Shown here piece after piece: positions 49,101 to 63,342 of a stretch of 64,000 nt of DNA. A program made the translations under genes and the position numbers. Source of the DNA: Obrimoposthia wandeli (lineage: Eukaryota); the NCBI GenBank assembly GCA_977020255.1, contig CDROCS010000465.1:868001-932000 (forward strand), in the 5' to 3' direction. The notes under the pieces were generated by a model. That model saw nothing but the letters and a program-made list of their open reading frames with translations. It was not told the origin of the DNA and searched no databases. Each line of letters begins with the position of its first letter. The first letter of the stretch is position 1.

Positions 49101-52100
49101 GAGTAATTAAATTAAAAATTGACAAGCTGCAGATTTAAATATAAAAAGATTATAGTTTGGCTGCGTGCAGTGTTTTTTAATATTGCCTAGTTTTAGAGAG
49201 TGAGAATTCCGAATGTGATATACATATGACAGTTTTGCTTTCTAAAGTGAAATATCAATGTATACATGTGATAAAAGTCAATAAACTACTGTTGATATAA
49301 ATTTGGATTTGTTTAAAGCTTAAAACTAACTGTAGTTAAACTTTAGTTAAAAAAATACTAAATATGTGTTGTGTGAATAGAATTTTTTATTTTTTTTTAC
49401 AGATTTTCTCCAACTTTTTACTTAAAGGTCTTACGAGTTTGGGTTTATTCTACTGCGGTCCATATATCATATTCTCTGCAATCAGCTTCACAATTTCTGC
49501 CACGTTAAAACATTTTTTGTATTACTATTATGGCAACTAATTATTTTGTAACTCTTTTTTATCTGAAAAGCTTTTAAAGCTCGTTCGCTTCACACACTTG
49601 TCTTTTATTTAGAAGTTTGAAGTGTGCGATTTCAAAACAAGGGAAATTTTTAATCGAATTTTATACTTAGCAAATGAGGAGTAAACTCTGTTAATGATTC
49701 GTCATATCATAATAAAACTGAAATGGGTTGGGAGAATATGAATGATTTCTTTTCTAACAGTTTTTAATTTTCTGTTTTGGCATTGCTTTTTTGACCAAAT
49801 ATTTTTATTCAGCTGACAACTGCATCAACAAATCTGAAATCAGGAATGACTCCGGTGGATTTTACGATCCTGACTTATAAATCGAGCAATGGCAGTGTTA
49901 ATTTTATGTACAGCTACTCAGATAGGGATCAGATATGGGAACTCTCTCTTAGTGATACTAAACTGGAACGGATATTCAACCAGAATGGTGTTGTAAATGT
50001 CTTCAGCAAATCTGTGAAAGCAAGCAATAAAAAACTGGTTAGTCATTCCTTTTAATTATGTTTATATATTGCCTGCAACAATTTATCTGTATTTAAATTT
50101 ATGAATTTATTAAGATTAAATCATTTAATAGTAATTAGAGGTGAAAAATACTTTAAAAATAATAACAACAAAAAATTTATTTACATTTCCTATTTAGATT
50201 TCCTATTGATCTTTAATCTTAGAAAGATTATTCTCACTTTCCATTTTCTTATTTCGATTGTAAAACTAAAGTAAATTAAAGTGTATCAGAACGGTCCTGA
50301 TTGGGAACAAGTACAAATATCAATTGGTGATGAACATTTAAAGTACTAGAACTGCTTGAAATAGTTTAGTGGGAAAATCAATGCGCATTAGAGAACATTT
50401 GTTCGGCAGTGGTTTTATTGTTGCCGAACTAGGAAAGTAAGCATACATATCAGTGCAAATCTGTTCGTTTGATTCGAAATATGCCATTTTTGCTAGTGAC
50501 ATGTGAAGGCCTCGGCAACAACTTCATGTATGTATCTATTCTGGCAGACATTTGGAGGAATGCTACAAGTAATGAATATATAGCCCACGAAGTAATTATG
50601 ATAAATTATAAGACTGGGTTGAGGCAATATATTTACACAGTTTAAGTCTTTAATTTAAATGTTGAAAAGTTTTATTTATATTTTACTTGTTAAATACATA
50701 AAATATTTAAATCGATAAATTCTGAAAAGATACGAACAATATTGTTTAATCAGTAAAGCTTATATTTCTAAACTGTTTAATGAATTTTAGAAGAACTAAA
50801 GATTATGAAGACGTTGGAAACTGTTTCACAAGAACCAAGGAATGCAATTGGGTTAATTTTCATGAAAATGTTTGTAAGAAAGATTTTGTCAAGTAAGCTT
50901 AGCCAGTGTGTACAAAATTATTAACATATCGAATCAGAAAATGTGTAAAAACATCACAAACAAACATCAAAGTGTAGTCCTATATTTCAGAAAATGTACA
51001 AAATGTTATGAAAGAAAAATAAGACAAAGGCAAAAAATTATATTAACTGAATAACAGAAGCATCAATGTATTAATTTTAGAAACAATTATTAAAATAATT
51101 AATTTCAAATGTGTAGTTTTACAGGTAAGGCTTGATTTTTTGTCGGGACAGTTGTCAACTATAGAGTATCTATTAGTAGAAAAAAGACCGTTTGATGGGG
51201 GCACTATAATGGTACATGGTTCTTTAAATGTAGATGAAAATGTCAAATTAATTTATGTCAAACACTATTTGAACATGTTAAGATCGAATGTTACCGAACT
51301 TCTTTTCTATATATGGCTCAATTATGATCTACGAACACGAAACTGCGAAACCTCTAACCTGCTCTTTATAATTTTCTGTTTGATCAAGGCCTGCAGATAG
51401 CCCAGATTTGTTGAATGTTGACGTATGAAAATTATAGAAATTCTTGCAGTCACACAAAATAAAGATGAATTGACGTTACACATTCAAGATTCAGTGTAAA
51501 CTTATAAAACCGCAACAAGTGTTGTATTTATATTAAAAAATGTAAGACAATCTAGCTGAAAGATATATGAAAGTTCTCACTCGAAACGGAAATAAGAAAT
51601 GAACTTTATGGATGATCTTATTTTGATCGTTTTTTAAATAAAAATATATTCTTCAGAGACAATTCCTTTATTTCGTATTTGTCTTGGCTGCTGAATTTTA
51701 TGTATCACTTTTTATATAATTAACTTCGCAAAAGATTTTAATGCAAATGAAAATATAAACATGTATAATTACTTTTCTCATGAATATTTCGTGGTTTAAA
51801 GGTCAAATATAAAATTTTAGTGGGGTCTGCTTTTTTGGTAGAAATAAATTTTAGTGGATTTTCAATTGTTCATCGTAAGAAAAATAATGGACTATCAAGT
51901 GGAAAAGCAACTGAATAGATAAAGGTCCACAGGAACATAAGATCAATGAATCGCAACTGTGAGCAGGTTTTGACGAGGCAACCGTTCTATAAATAAGTTA
52001 AATTGGAATTAATGTAAATAAATTGGAAAACTTTGCTGTAAAATTCAACTTTTTTAAATTATGAACAAAATTTAAAAAACGTAAAAATTAACTTATCATA

Positions 52101-55100
52101 GGACTTATTATGTAATACTGCTATATATTTCAAACCTCATCAAATATGTTTTAGAACTATATGAAATATACAGGTAGTTTAAGGCCCACTTTAGGTAACA
52201 AAGCCAGAAGACCTAGCAACAAGAAGCGCGCCGTGGCACGCGTACACATACATTGGCAGGTGTAATAATATGTGTATTGTTTCCATCTCAACCGTGGCAC
52301 GTGCCAAGTTCATGTTTTGTTTTAATATTCAATTTCTTTCGCAAATATACAAGAAATAGATTTAAAAATGTAATAAATCAAAAATAAAGAAGGAATTTTA
52401 AAAACCATTTTAATTTTATCAAACTTAACATTTAGCATTTTGGCATTTTTTTATTTTATAGAGTTCTTTATGTTTTCTATTTTCTTTAATTACACAACTG
52501 TACTGCAAATTCAATACGATAGGCAGCATCCTCTTCACTTAGTGTTCTTACTATTTGCCTTTTATATGGATGATATTTCGGGGTATTGAGACATTTTCGC
52601 ACAGTTCACGACTGATACCTGTGTTAGCGGCTTCACGTCTCACATGCATGCGCAGATTATCAATAAATTGATTTTCAATATCATCTAATAATTCACCTGA
52701 ACTCTTTGATTATTGTCGTTCACTTTTGCATCTAAAACACTTCTTGTTGTCATAAGCCCATTATGGCACTTCTTAATACTTCTTTCGTGATGAGATTGCA
52801 CATTTTACCATACACAGATCTATATTTACTTTGAACTGAAACGAAACTTCCACAAATTTTAATACCAATCTGCACATTTGGTTCTTTGCTTTTTCTAAAA
52901 AAGTAAATTAAAGATTAATCCTAATACTTACTGAAATTTGATACAGAAAAACGAAATTATTTGACCTTCAATAAATATTTTATAGCTAAATTGAATCTCT
53001 TTCTTTAGAATTGTCACCATTTATTAATGATTTTTATATATTTTTGTGCAATAATTCTCTTCCGTTTTCTAGATAAATGGCGTCAGTAAACAGTTGCACC
53101 TCTACTCCGATGTCTTGGGCGCCAATCTCACCTGTATTAACATCGCAATCGCACAGAAGCCAACAGAATGCACTCTGACAATCACAGCTGGTTCTGCAAT
53201 ATCTGTTCAGATTCTTATTGATGGCGTATCCACGGAAACATTTGCATTGCCCGGTATGACGCAGTTTTACTGGAATATATCATCAAGGGTTCATAATTAG
53301 GCAAAGAAAAGAAAACCCCGTAAATCAAATTGTAAAGTATTTCTTTAAAAGTTATTCAAACTCACACAATTGCTATATATAGTGTCACCAAACCAGTCAT
53401 TTCGGTTTTTTGTTTATCAGAATTAAGTTGACATTTAGTGGAAAGAAACTGTTATTCATTAAACAGAATATAAAACTACAATTTAATAATTTCGATTACA
53501 AATTTCTATATATCGGGGGTTCCCAAAGTGTGTTGCGCGGAATTATAGGGTTCCGCCAATAAATTAGGGGTTCCGTCAGCTTTTTATTTATTTCTGTTAT
53601 CTGACATTTTGTTTGTTCTATTATATGATTTACGTATTTTTCAATGTATACGAATTTTTTAAAAGTTCCATGAAAGTCAATAAAGTCTTTTGTTCGAAAA
53701 CAATATTTAATGTCTAATTAAAGTTTGATAAAACTGGGTTCATTCATCAAAAAGGGTTCCACAAGCTGTGGAAAACATTTTAAGGGTTCCACGGGTAAAA
53801 AAGTTTGGGAACCCTTGGTCTATATCTTTCTAACCGGTAAGTGTTTATTTCTTTATTATAAGTTTATATATTTAAATTAGGTAGAAGAAAGTAATGGAAG
53901 ATTCGACGATCGACACTAAGGTTATATAACATTGTGACTAATCTCGTTTGTTTAATCAAATTATACAGAAATTTTTCAAATCGTTTTAGAGGTTAAACAT
54001 TCTCTTTAAATTTTATGTTTAACTACTTTTCAAACTTAAAAACATTTTCTTCATTTTCTTGTTTTTGATTAAATTTAGTTGTTATATATATAAAATCATA
54101 AATTAAATATTTTAATAATTCAATATATTTTTAAAGTACAAAGACAATTTTTAGAAATAATAGTTTTTTACAAGTCTGATAAATGTTCTAGTATAACTTT
54201 CTTATTTTTTAATATTTTCTTATAAATTGTAATTACATAGCATTAAAGAAGCTGTTCATTTAAAAAAAATTACCACAAGTTCTTTGCTTAATTATAATTA
54301 ATTTGTTTTTGTAAATTAGATAAATTGAGATTAGTCCAATGTGAATGTGCCCAACACGAAGGCTAAAATTAATTGTGAAATAAATAGTGTGTCAGTGACC
54401 TTCAAATTTTGTATGACCTTCCATGTCGGCAAAGTGTAACGCTTAGTAAAATGCTTTGTTTAATCTAGTCAGTATATGCATGTTAAGAACAGTCTACATC
54501 AAGAATCGATATATCAGTATATGTGAGAATAACTTATAGTACTAATTATTCTCATGTAATTACATGACTGTTAATCTCATATCCTAATATTTATGAAAAT
54601 CAATGAAAATACTAATGAAAATCAATGAAAATACTTATCAGTGACAACCCATAATGAGAACTTGTAAATATATTGGGGCTCATGGTGGGCACATGAGCTC
54701 ATAACCTAGACCTTGTTCTTATGATAAACTTGAGCTCAAAATCTTATAATAATAACCTTGGGCTCATGGTGGGTACATGAGCTCATGGTGAGCATATGGG
54801 CTCACGTGATGAGTGCACTATAGAACAAAGGACATGAGTTATGACCTTGAGCTCACGTAACGAGTATAATAAAACAAAGGACATGAGTCATGCGCTTGAA
54901 ATGACCTTGAAAATCAGGTGTACTCGGGAGAAATTTGACCTTAACATGATCTCAAATGACTTTGACCTCATGTGACATCATGAGGTCATGTGATGAGTCA
55001 TATGTACTTTAGGAGAACAAAGGATATGAGTCATCGATGAGTCATGGTATTTGTTCGATGAGTCATCGATGAGTCATCTAAAAATTAGAACAAATACATT

Positions 55101-58100
55101 TTGTCCTCAGCAGGAGGGCTTTGTTCCAGAAGCGCCACATCAAAAGCGCTACTCTAGTCACATCAAAATATAGATAAATGAGTTATTTGTATATTCATCA
55201 ATAATTTAAATAAAATCAGAAAATCGAATATTTTTCTTGCAAGTTAATACGAATTTATTTTAATTTTCGAAGTCTAATTCAACTTCTGATTTTAGTCCTT
55301 TCTAATGTACATTTATTAAATTAATGTGTTATAAAAATACCTAGCTAATTCCTTTATATATTCCTTTATACTCCTAATTATTCTGAAAATTACAACAAAA
55401 AATTATAAAATTTAAACCGAATCAAACTTACACAGTCTACAGAAAGAAGCCACTGATAAACATCAAAAATAAAAAATCTACAATAAATATAAACCAATCC
55501 AGAACCGGTAAAATATTTAATAAACCTCATGTAGAACTCAATAAAAAAATCTTCCAGAAAAGCAATCATATTGTTTTTTAGTAATGTTATATTTAAAGGC
55601 AGGGCATTGTATATAAACCAAAGATGAAACAGAAAGGTTGTTAAAAATCTTTTTGAGGAAAAGAAAATGTCAGAGGGTATAGGCTCAAAATGGAAACTAG
55701 GTAAGCCAGTATCAAGGAGAGCGAATGCAACATTTAAAAATTGAACTAGTTAAAAAACTTATAAAATAATTTCAATACACTTATTAGAGGTAATGACTTT
55801 ATTTATAAAGATCATGGGAAACCTAAAAGCAGACGCAAGTTTATTAATCTAAATAAAAAACAAAAAGGGTGGAAGATTGATTCGGTGTTTGATTGGCTGA
55901 TTTCTTAACTATTTAATTGTACATAAAGAAAACCATGAATATTTAATAATAATTATGATTCCTTAATATAATTGACGGTAGTTTCATACACTTGTTAAGT
56001 CTCCTCCTCAACATCGAGTTAGAATCCTTAAACCCTTCCAAGGTTACGTTGTTAATAAATTTTTGAAATAATATTTAATATTGTAAAGGATACTAAATCT
56101 AAGCATTGTCTTAAGTTTGGTGTCCTGCTTTCACAGCAGCCGTCCTCCATTACCAGACCACAATCTCCAACTAAACATTTAATCTTTATTTTGTTTATAT
56201 TAAGTCAAAAATTGAAAAAAAAACATTAATATATAATTTATATAATAATACATCCTTCTGTAATTTTCCAAATGAGTTTTACACTTCCATCTAATTTCAT
56301 CTTGTAACATAGAATTGATATGAAAATCTTCCATTCATCTTTCTTAGACTGTTGTATAGCAGCTTTGTAATAATCATCAAATATTTGTTTTAAATTTTAT
56401 ATCCAATATCTATATGATAAAAGATATCATTTAATTGTTTGATCTCTTGTTCATGAATATATTTGATGATGTAATAAAGCTTGATTTTATTCAATTTGAC
56501 ATGATTGGAGAATAGATATGTGATAGGATTCTTGAGTTAATACATGTCCTATCCGTAGTAATAAAAAGGAGATTGAAATTGAGGTTTGCTATTTTTTTTG
56601 TGATACCCTGGTCATTGATATCAGAGACATATCCTAATAAATGTGTGATAAAATCTTTATTCTTCTTCTTGCTTTGATCTTCGATGGAATTCTGTTGACA
56701 ACTGATTTGTTCTTCTTCTTATCTGGAGTGTTCCTTGGCATCCTCTTCTCGATTTTGATGTTTTTCAACATTGTCGGAAATAATGACTGAATTGTCAATC
56801 GTTAATACTTTCAAACCTCATCTGATTGTTCAATGATTTTGATTGATTGTTTCACTTTAAATGTATCCATATGTACATATGTGTGTATGTTGGTATTGAT
56901 TTGTTTATACTGGATGTATATATCAATTTTACTATTAGTTTTGTTTATATCGTAAGTGTTTGTGCGTGCATATTTTATTCACAACATGTGTGTATATGTA
57001 AAAAATTATTGATAACATTTTTCAACTACTTTAATCAACAATAAGAAACTTTTTGTTAAAAATATTTCATATAATAATTTTTTAATAAATATATTTACAA
57101 AAACCGTTTTACTTGTAAATAAAAGTAGTTGACAAATTCTAGTTAAAAAAGAAGTGGTTCACAGAACTTTCGATTACAAAATAGTTCACTACTTATTGGA
57201 AATATTGAGGCAACATTTATAAATTCTTCGGCACTCACTATAAAATTAGCAAACTTATTTGCTTTCATGAATTCTAGTAATATCATATCTTTATCCGGTA
57301 ATTTATTTTATCTATCTTATTGAAAAACAATTAATTGTATCGCCGCTAATTTTTTTTAAGCTTTATTTAATTAACATAATGCATCAATAAGTGTTATGTA
57401 ATTCAATAATTTTTTTCTAAAACATACAATTTCGCAAACATATCTTATGGCATTTTCTCCTAATAAAGGATATTTTTCCTTTATCCAAAGATTGTATAAT
57501 TTAAGTTATATAATTAGAGATCATTAATTTTATTTTGATATTCACGGCTGTTCCCAAAGATTTTTCAAATTTTGCTGTGGTATTTCTTAATTTATAAACT
57601 CCCGCCAATTTTAGAAGCTCAACTTTTTGATAAATATTTATTTTGTTCCTCTTCATCTTAAAATGTTTCATTTAAAAAATAACATATCATAATTTAAATT
57701 AGAACACAATTAATTTATAAATATAGACATTGATAAAATTTTATTATTTTTTTGTAAATTTTATGTCCAAATGTTTAGATTGTGATTGTGTTCAGTATTT
57801 TCTTCGGTGAAAAAGTGTTCAATCAATAAAGATGTTCAACATAAAGAGGATTTTACTGTATATATTCTATAGATCGTAAGGGATGAAGTCAAAATATCAA
57901 TTCAAATTAACGGATTGGATAGTTTTTTTCAAATAAATTATCTCTTTGTATTGTCTGTCAAACCTACACGGATTTGCCAACAAACTAGTGATAGACATCT
58001 CTAACTCAAATTCAGTTTCTCCGTGGGAACGAGTCGGATCGGTGGTAAACTTCTTCAACCAGAACTTCGTTTCTGGAATATCATCGCCTTCAATTTACAT

Positions 58101-61100
58101 ACTCAATGCCCAATTCCAACACGTCGGTGCTATGACGCACGTTGAATTCAACGCCGCTGCTGCAGGATCCTTCACGTTACTGGTAAGATTACTGGGTGAA
58201 AAATACTTTTACTAACTCTTTCTGATCTTCAAATTGAAAGGTTTGATTAGAAAATCAGACATATGAACAAGTATTGCAAAAAAATTTAACACCGGGAATG
58301 AAATATAATAGTATAAAAACCGGCTAGAATTATATCTGGCATGTCTGAAATAAGGTCAATTATTTTCTTTGAAATATTTTATGACATTAATAAGATTATA
58401 CAAAAAGCTACATATAAACTCTTTAATTTTCAATTTCAATCTATAATCGAGTATATGATGATGATTACCAATGAAGAGGTTTATAAACTCCCATTTCTTC
58501 ATTAATTTATCAAGCCCACTACCCATTTGACCTATGTTAGTCATTATTGTAACTATCGTCTTTTTAAAACCCAAAAGTTATGATTATTTAAAACCTTCCT
58601 TAAAAGATGAGAAATTAAATGTCTTGATGGTTTTCTTATTTTACTATTCGTAATCAATCACTGTTATCTTGTATAGAACTAGATATATCTGATGTTGTAT
58701 TACTGTGAATTAATTGCATTCTCTTTAATGGTTGGATTTTAGAAGATTCATTAATCTTTAGAGGTATATTCAACTCAACCACCAATTTCTACTTGTAGCA
58801 AATATAACTTATTATTTTCTAAAATAACCATGAGCCATCATCGTGTGATGTCAAATATATCTTCAAGTGAATGGTATCCCGGCTTCTGAAATTATTGTTT
58901 TCTCAGATTGATTTCTTTTTCTACTACTTATTGACATTAACTAGAGATTATTTTAACTTTTCATTTTAAATCTTTGTAATATGCTGCTGTGTATCTATTC
59001 AATAAGTGTTCCTCAGTGGGAGTTCTACGAAAATAGGAAAATAATATATTCATTGTAGACAAATATCTGGAAATAGTTGAGTAGTGTACCTGTATCGTTA
59101 TTGTACGTTCTCGACACCTACTATAAGAAGTTGATTTGACAGCTTGCTTCATGTGGTCTTATATATAAAAATAGGAGCTCCATAACCTACTTGGTCTTCT
59201 ATGTCAATACTTAAACTTTTCAAACGGATTTTGAGTTAATCTTTCATTCGTATCGTTATTCGTTACATGATAAATAGAGTGCATTGTAAGCTAAAATATT
59301 ATCCAATGTCATTTAAGAATCTTGTCGGGAATTTTGAATTTCACTTAGATATTGTGTCTGGAAACTTTCTTGTGTCACGCTTTATTTCATATTAGTAACG
59401 TGATGATTAATTCATCTTGACAATTTTACAGCGTACCTCTAAAAATTGTAATTATCATAAGCAAGTGAAATATATTCAACTACTTTTCTTTCTGTGTCAT
59501 TGTCATAGTTGAAATCCATAAATTCAAAATTGACTAAAGCTTCTAACATTTATTCAAACCTTATTTCAAACCTTAACTCCAATATTGTGGCTATCAAAAA
59601 TTGATACTGTTTTTGAATTAACAATTGTGACAAAACAATATCTGCCCTGTCTATTTATACAAGGCAGACATCTTTATTTCTGTGGGTGTTTTTGATACAT
59701 TTAAACAAATGCATCACAGATAAACCCCACTAATCTTAAATTTTTTAATTATTTTAATGCAATTTAAATTACAACTTTTATTAAAGGTTTATTAATTTGA
59801 TTTTAAAGAATTAACCCCTGCAGCTCATGAGTCCAAAATGCACCTCCGGCACATTTTGTATAACCAAAAATGCATGCGATGCCGACCTCACATGCTCCAG
59901 TAAACTGACCTGTACCAACGGAATCTGTCCCGTACGAAGGAGCTGTAATGATAGTTGTAACATCAATGCTTTCAATGCCTTCAACCACACTATTCTGCAA
60001 ACTGACTTTGTAATCGAAAAAAGCATAAGTATCACTTTCGCTTCCACTGGATATCAGGTCAAAGTAAGTTGATTTAGACTTTGATATTTAAACTTGTCGT
60101 GCATCTTTAAAATGATAAACACATAACTTATATATTTATTTCAATGTCGTTCTCGCAAGTACGATAGAGTGGAAACTAGGCGGCATTGCGGCAAAACAAT
60201 GAATGGATAGTCCCATTCGTCGTTGAAACGTGGTTCCATCTAGTCGTCATTTTTTCCACGGCTCTAATTAGTGGCTATTTTTAGACTGTTGATTCATGAA
60301 CCTTTAGACTTATGACTAATATGACGCTGTGCCGTTGAATCGTCAATTTCCCCTGGGTATTCATTGTTGCTAATTTCAGACTTTTCGCATGATCTCAAAA
60401 GCGTTTGCCATCAAAATTTCAGAAATATTTCAAGCTTTTTAAGTCTATTAATTCCATTTAAGTCGCAGGAGACCTGTTTTACAGACAAGTCACCCTGCAT
60501 TACAAGGCCATCATATAAGTTTATCCATATAAGTTTAATAAAATAGTAAAACATCAATATATATTAATAGTCTATAACATAATTCTGTCTACAGTGCATT
60601 TTAAATTGGTTCATGCTTCCATCTTGATTTTTCTTGTATCTTTGAATCACCATGAAGAGATTCCTTCTTGATTTCGATATATGTCAACATTGTAATCAGA
60701 AATTTATATAACATCTAATTTCATCGGGTTGATCAATGATTTTAATTGGTTGTTTCACTTCAAATACATATATGTATGTGTAGATATATGTTAGTATCGA
60801 TTGGATTATACCTTCGTTATATTCAAATACTTGTTATGTATCGTAATTCAATTTTAATGTACATTGGCTATTAAGAAAAAATAATTCTTTAACCTTATAC
60901 ATGAATTATTGATTATTTATGTTATATATTTGCAAACCGACACATTATACTCCTACTGAAGTATTAACCAAATAAATACAACTATTTTTCTTTAAACGTA
61001 AATTTATTAAAAATCTGTTTAAATTTGAATGTAGATACATACTCATTTGTTTTGTTATAAAGAACTTATACACACTTCTTTTCTAAATAAATGCAACTAA

Positions 61101-62762
61101 ATACTTTTATTCATAGAACTTTTTAATGTTTATTGGATTTTATCAAAGTATTTTCCCTTATTTACCAAATAAACATAACTATTTTCTTTGTAAACTTAAA
61201 AGTTTCTGAAGTCCTAATGTTAATATTCATTGTTCAAAGGAATATTTGCAGTATTTACACCTATTTACTGAAAAAATAATACTATCATCTAAACATAGAC
61301 GTAGTTGAAATTCAAGTTTAAATGTTACATTGTTTTATTGATTTATTTTACATATTTATACATCAATGCTTGAAATAATAGATTTACTTGAAAGATTTGA
61401 AACTTGACTGTAAATATCCTTTAATGTGTTGATTAGAAGATTTTAAGGAAGTATTTACATCTATTTTCACAATAAATATAAGATAAGAAAGACAACAAGT
61501 TACATACATTAAAATAAAGTATTCTATGCTGAGAATGTTTTCTATTCATTAAAAATCAACTACTTTTGAATATTTTTCTAAACTTTTGTAATTAGATATG
61601 AATGCAATGAAATGATTTTTAGTGTTAATTATTGAATTAAAATTTTTACAATATTTTCTTTTCAGCAAGACTTTAAAATTAATATTTAAATTGAAATTAT
61701 AATTTTTAAACTACTTTTAAATTAATTTTTGTATTGTAATTAGATATAAAAGTTTATAGTGAAAAACAATAAGTTGCATAAAATAAAATAATATTTAGTA
61801 GATATTTTTGAATTTAAAATATGTTTCTGAATGTTTTCCATTCATTAAAAAGTACTTTTAAAATATCAAAGTATTGATAAACTATATTTTAAAATATACA
61901 TTCTACTAAATCTGAGTAATTTCCGATATTTAAATTGTTTTTATTATTATAAATTACACGGATCAAATCAATAGTATATTTTCTAAGATAACAAAGTTAA
62001 CTCATAATAATTTCTAGAATTCGTAGTCTAGATTGATAATATTTCAATGATTTTCCTTCATTTATATTTATTTTGCATGCAGCAAAGATGTGAGCGTTTA
62101 GAGAACAAACAAACAAAAAATGTCAAAGTATTTTAATCACATAAAACAAAAGGGATAAAAAATTAAATGAATTTATCCATGTTTCCTGAAGGAATGGTTA
62201 TAATATGGAAATTATATAGATGACTATCAACAGCGGTAGGTGTGCTATTCGGAGAAAAACACTAACTGGACGATCAAAATGAGCTTATAAGTCTTTGTTA
62301 AGAGGTTAATAAATCGATTGTTCGTTTGTGTGTTATTGCCAGTTTTCAAATTGTAATTTCTATTATGGCCCTCTTTTGAATCAATTGTATCCAATAACTA
62401 AATTTTTGTACTGAAATAAAAATAATGATTGCATTTTTATATTGACCATATCAATTCTTTGTCTGGTTGAATTACATACAGTTAGGTTGATTTTGTTACA
62501 CTTTGTCCTTTAAACTATATTTTCAGGCCTTAAATGCTGTATGGGATGTGGCGATTGGATATCGTCTGGGATTCACTTCAAGCACAGCTGATCTAATCGC
62601 AACTAGCCCCATTCGGTACCTGGAGTCTGCGGACTTCAAAAGCACTGGTTCTAATACTTCTCCGGCGGTTGCTTCTACGTTATCCAAAACCAACTTTGTA
62701 GCAGTTTACGTACAGCATCAGATTTCGGCTGTAGCTATTCAGCCATATAACACAAAATTAAT
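46134..62762 (+). CDS. Secreted/membrane WSC plus PKD-like (polycystin-1-like) gene, 3' incomplete; exons 46134-46176, 48399-48688, 49813-50037, 51125-(~51211), 53073-53253, (~57989)-58182, 59824-60063, 62527-62762
   Basis: Phase-compatible GT-AG exons and a signal-peptide-like start MVLLIQVLMLIRIR. WSC-like ECSGECSASSFKYAGIWKEKYCFC; beta-rich PKD-like exons; Cys-rich exon 59824-60063. The family call and some boundaries are uncertain. Confidence 0.6.
46400..47753 (+). mobile_element. Decayed hAT element (dimerisation-domain remnant plus 3' TIR) in intron 1
   Basis: KFQIELL...FYKS...EEFPHL...LRLTTSDIKCNLDDLVK...SH*. TIR AAAGTTGCCCAATCCTG is followed by CTTTAAAG. Confidence 0.65.
46709..47002. 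mobile_element. hAT-type MITE nested in the hAT remnant
   Basis: TIRs CAGGGATTCCCAAA and TTGGGGACCCCTG; flanks TCCTAAAC and TTCTAAGC (6/8 match); internal GGGTTCC repeats. Confidence 0.75.
52490..52900 (-). mobile_element. Tc1/mariner N-terminal remnant
   Basis: TTRSVLDAKS, HVRREAANTGIS, KYHPYKRQIVRTLSEEDAAYRIEFA. Confidence 0.6.
53514..53817. mobile_element. hAT-type MITE, same family as 46709-47002
   Basis: TIRs CGGGGGTTCCCAAA and TTTGGGAACCCTTG; flanks resembling TTCTATAT and GTCTATAT; GGGTTCC subterminal repeats. Confidence 0.75.
54670..55155. mobile_element. Solo terminus of a related Polinton-like element in an intron
   Basis: Ends TTTTGTCCTCAGCAGGAGGGCTTTGTTCCAGAAGCGCCACATCAAAAGCGCTACTCT, matching 8457-8505. 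The interior is rich in TGACCT, GAGCTCA and ATGAGTCAT. Confidence 0.75.
56740..57000. repeat. Dispersed repeat of unknown class; second copy at ~60660-60800
   Basis: Shared TCAATGATTTT...TTGTTTCACTT(T/C)AAAT...ATATGTA. Confidence 0.45.
58300..59200 (-). mobile_element. Decayed IS630/Tc1-like transposase
   Basis: IQVHYSTISRYLSTMNILF (HTH-like) and SSYTRL*IE, resembling PPYSPxLNPIE. Confidence 0.4.
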
Positions 62763-63272
62763 GTATGTCTAGTTCTACTGTGAAGTGGGGGGGGGATAAC
62801 TGTGTGTTTAAACATTTGTGACATTGACTCGAATTTCTAAAATCATAAGTAGATAAATAAAATATAAATAAATTTAAAAAATACTTTAAAATATTTGATA
62901 CTGTATTTGAAAATATTTTAAAATTTTATTCGTTTTGACAACATGAAAACAAGATTTGTGTTATAGGGTCCAGTCCATAAACAATTTTATTTAACATATA
63001 TAATCTCATTTTTACGGCTTTATTATTTTTATCATGACTTAATACTCTATGACTATTTAAGTTAAAACGAAATCAATACGAAAAAATGCGTAAAATGCAA
63101 ACAGGTTATGAAATTGTAAACTACATTTCTTCAGGTTATGTAAATACTAATTGGATGCATACAAACTTTGACCTTATTAAAGTAAATTTTGAAAACGTTT
63201 TAAGAGACCATAATTTGCTTGTAGATTAGATTTAAATTTATTGAAAAAATATTTCCATAAAGAGCTTTTGTA

Positions 63273-63342
63273 GATATTGGATTAAATCAGATATTGGATT
63301 AAATCAGATATTCGATTAAATCAGATATTCGATTAAATCAGA
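63273..63342. repeat. 17-bp minisatellite, four copies (GATATT(G/C)GATTAAATCA)
   Basis: Four adjacent units are visible. Confidence 0.9.

Noticed and set aside
50340-50620. GIY-YIG/Penelope remnant (VGKSMRIREHL)
   Set aside because: A single short motif with no supporting context.
43050-55155. PolB remnant and solo terminus as parts of one element
   Set aside because: Several exons of a host gene lie between them and no other viral genes were seen; separate insertions are more likely.
56137-56175. Extra exon of the PKD-like gene
   Set aside because: Good acceptor, but an in-frame stop after 12 codons and no donor.
57960-57975. Non-canonical (AC-ending) splice acceptor
   Set aside because: Canonical AG acceptors in the correct phase exist at 57988 and 57994.
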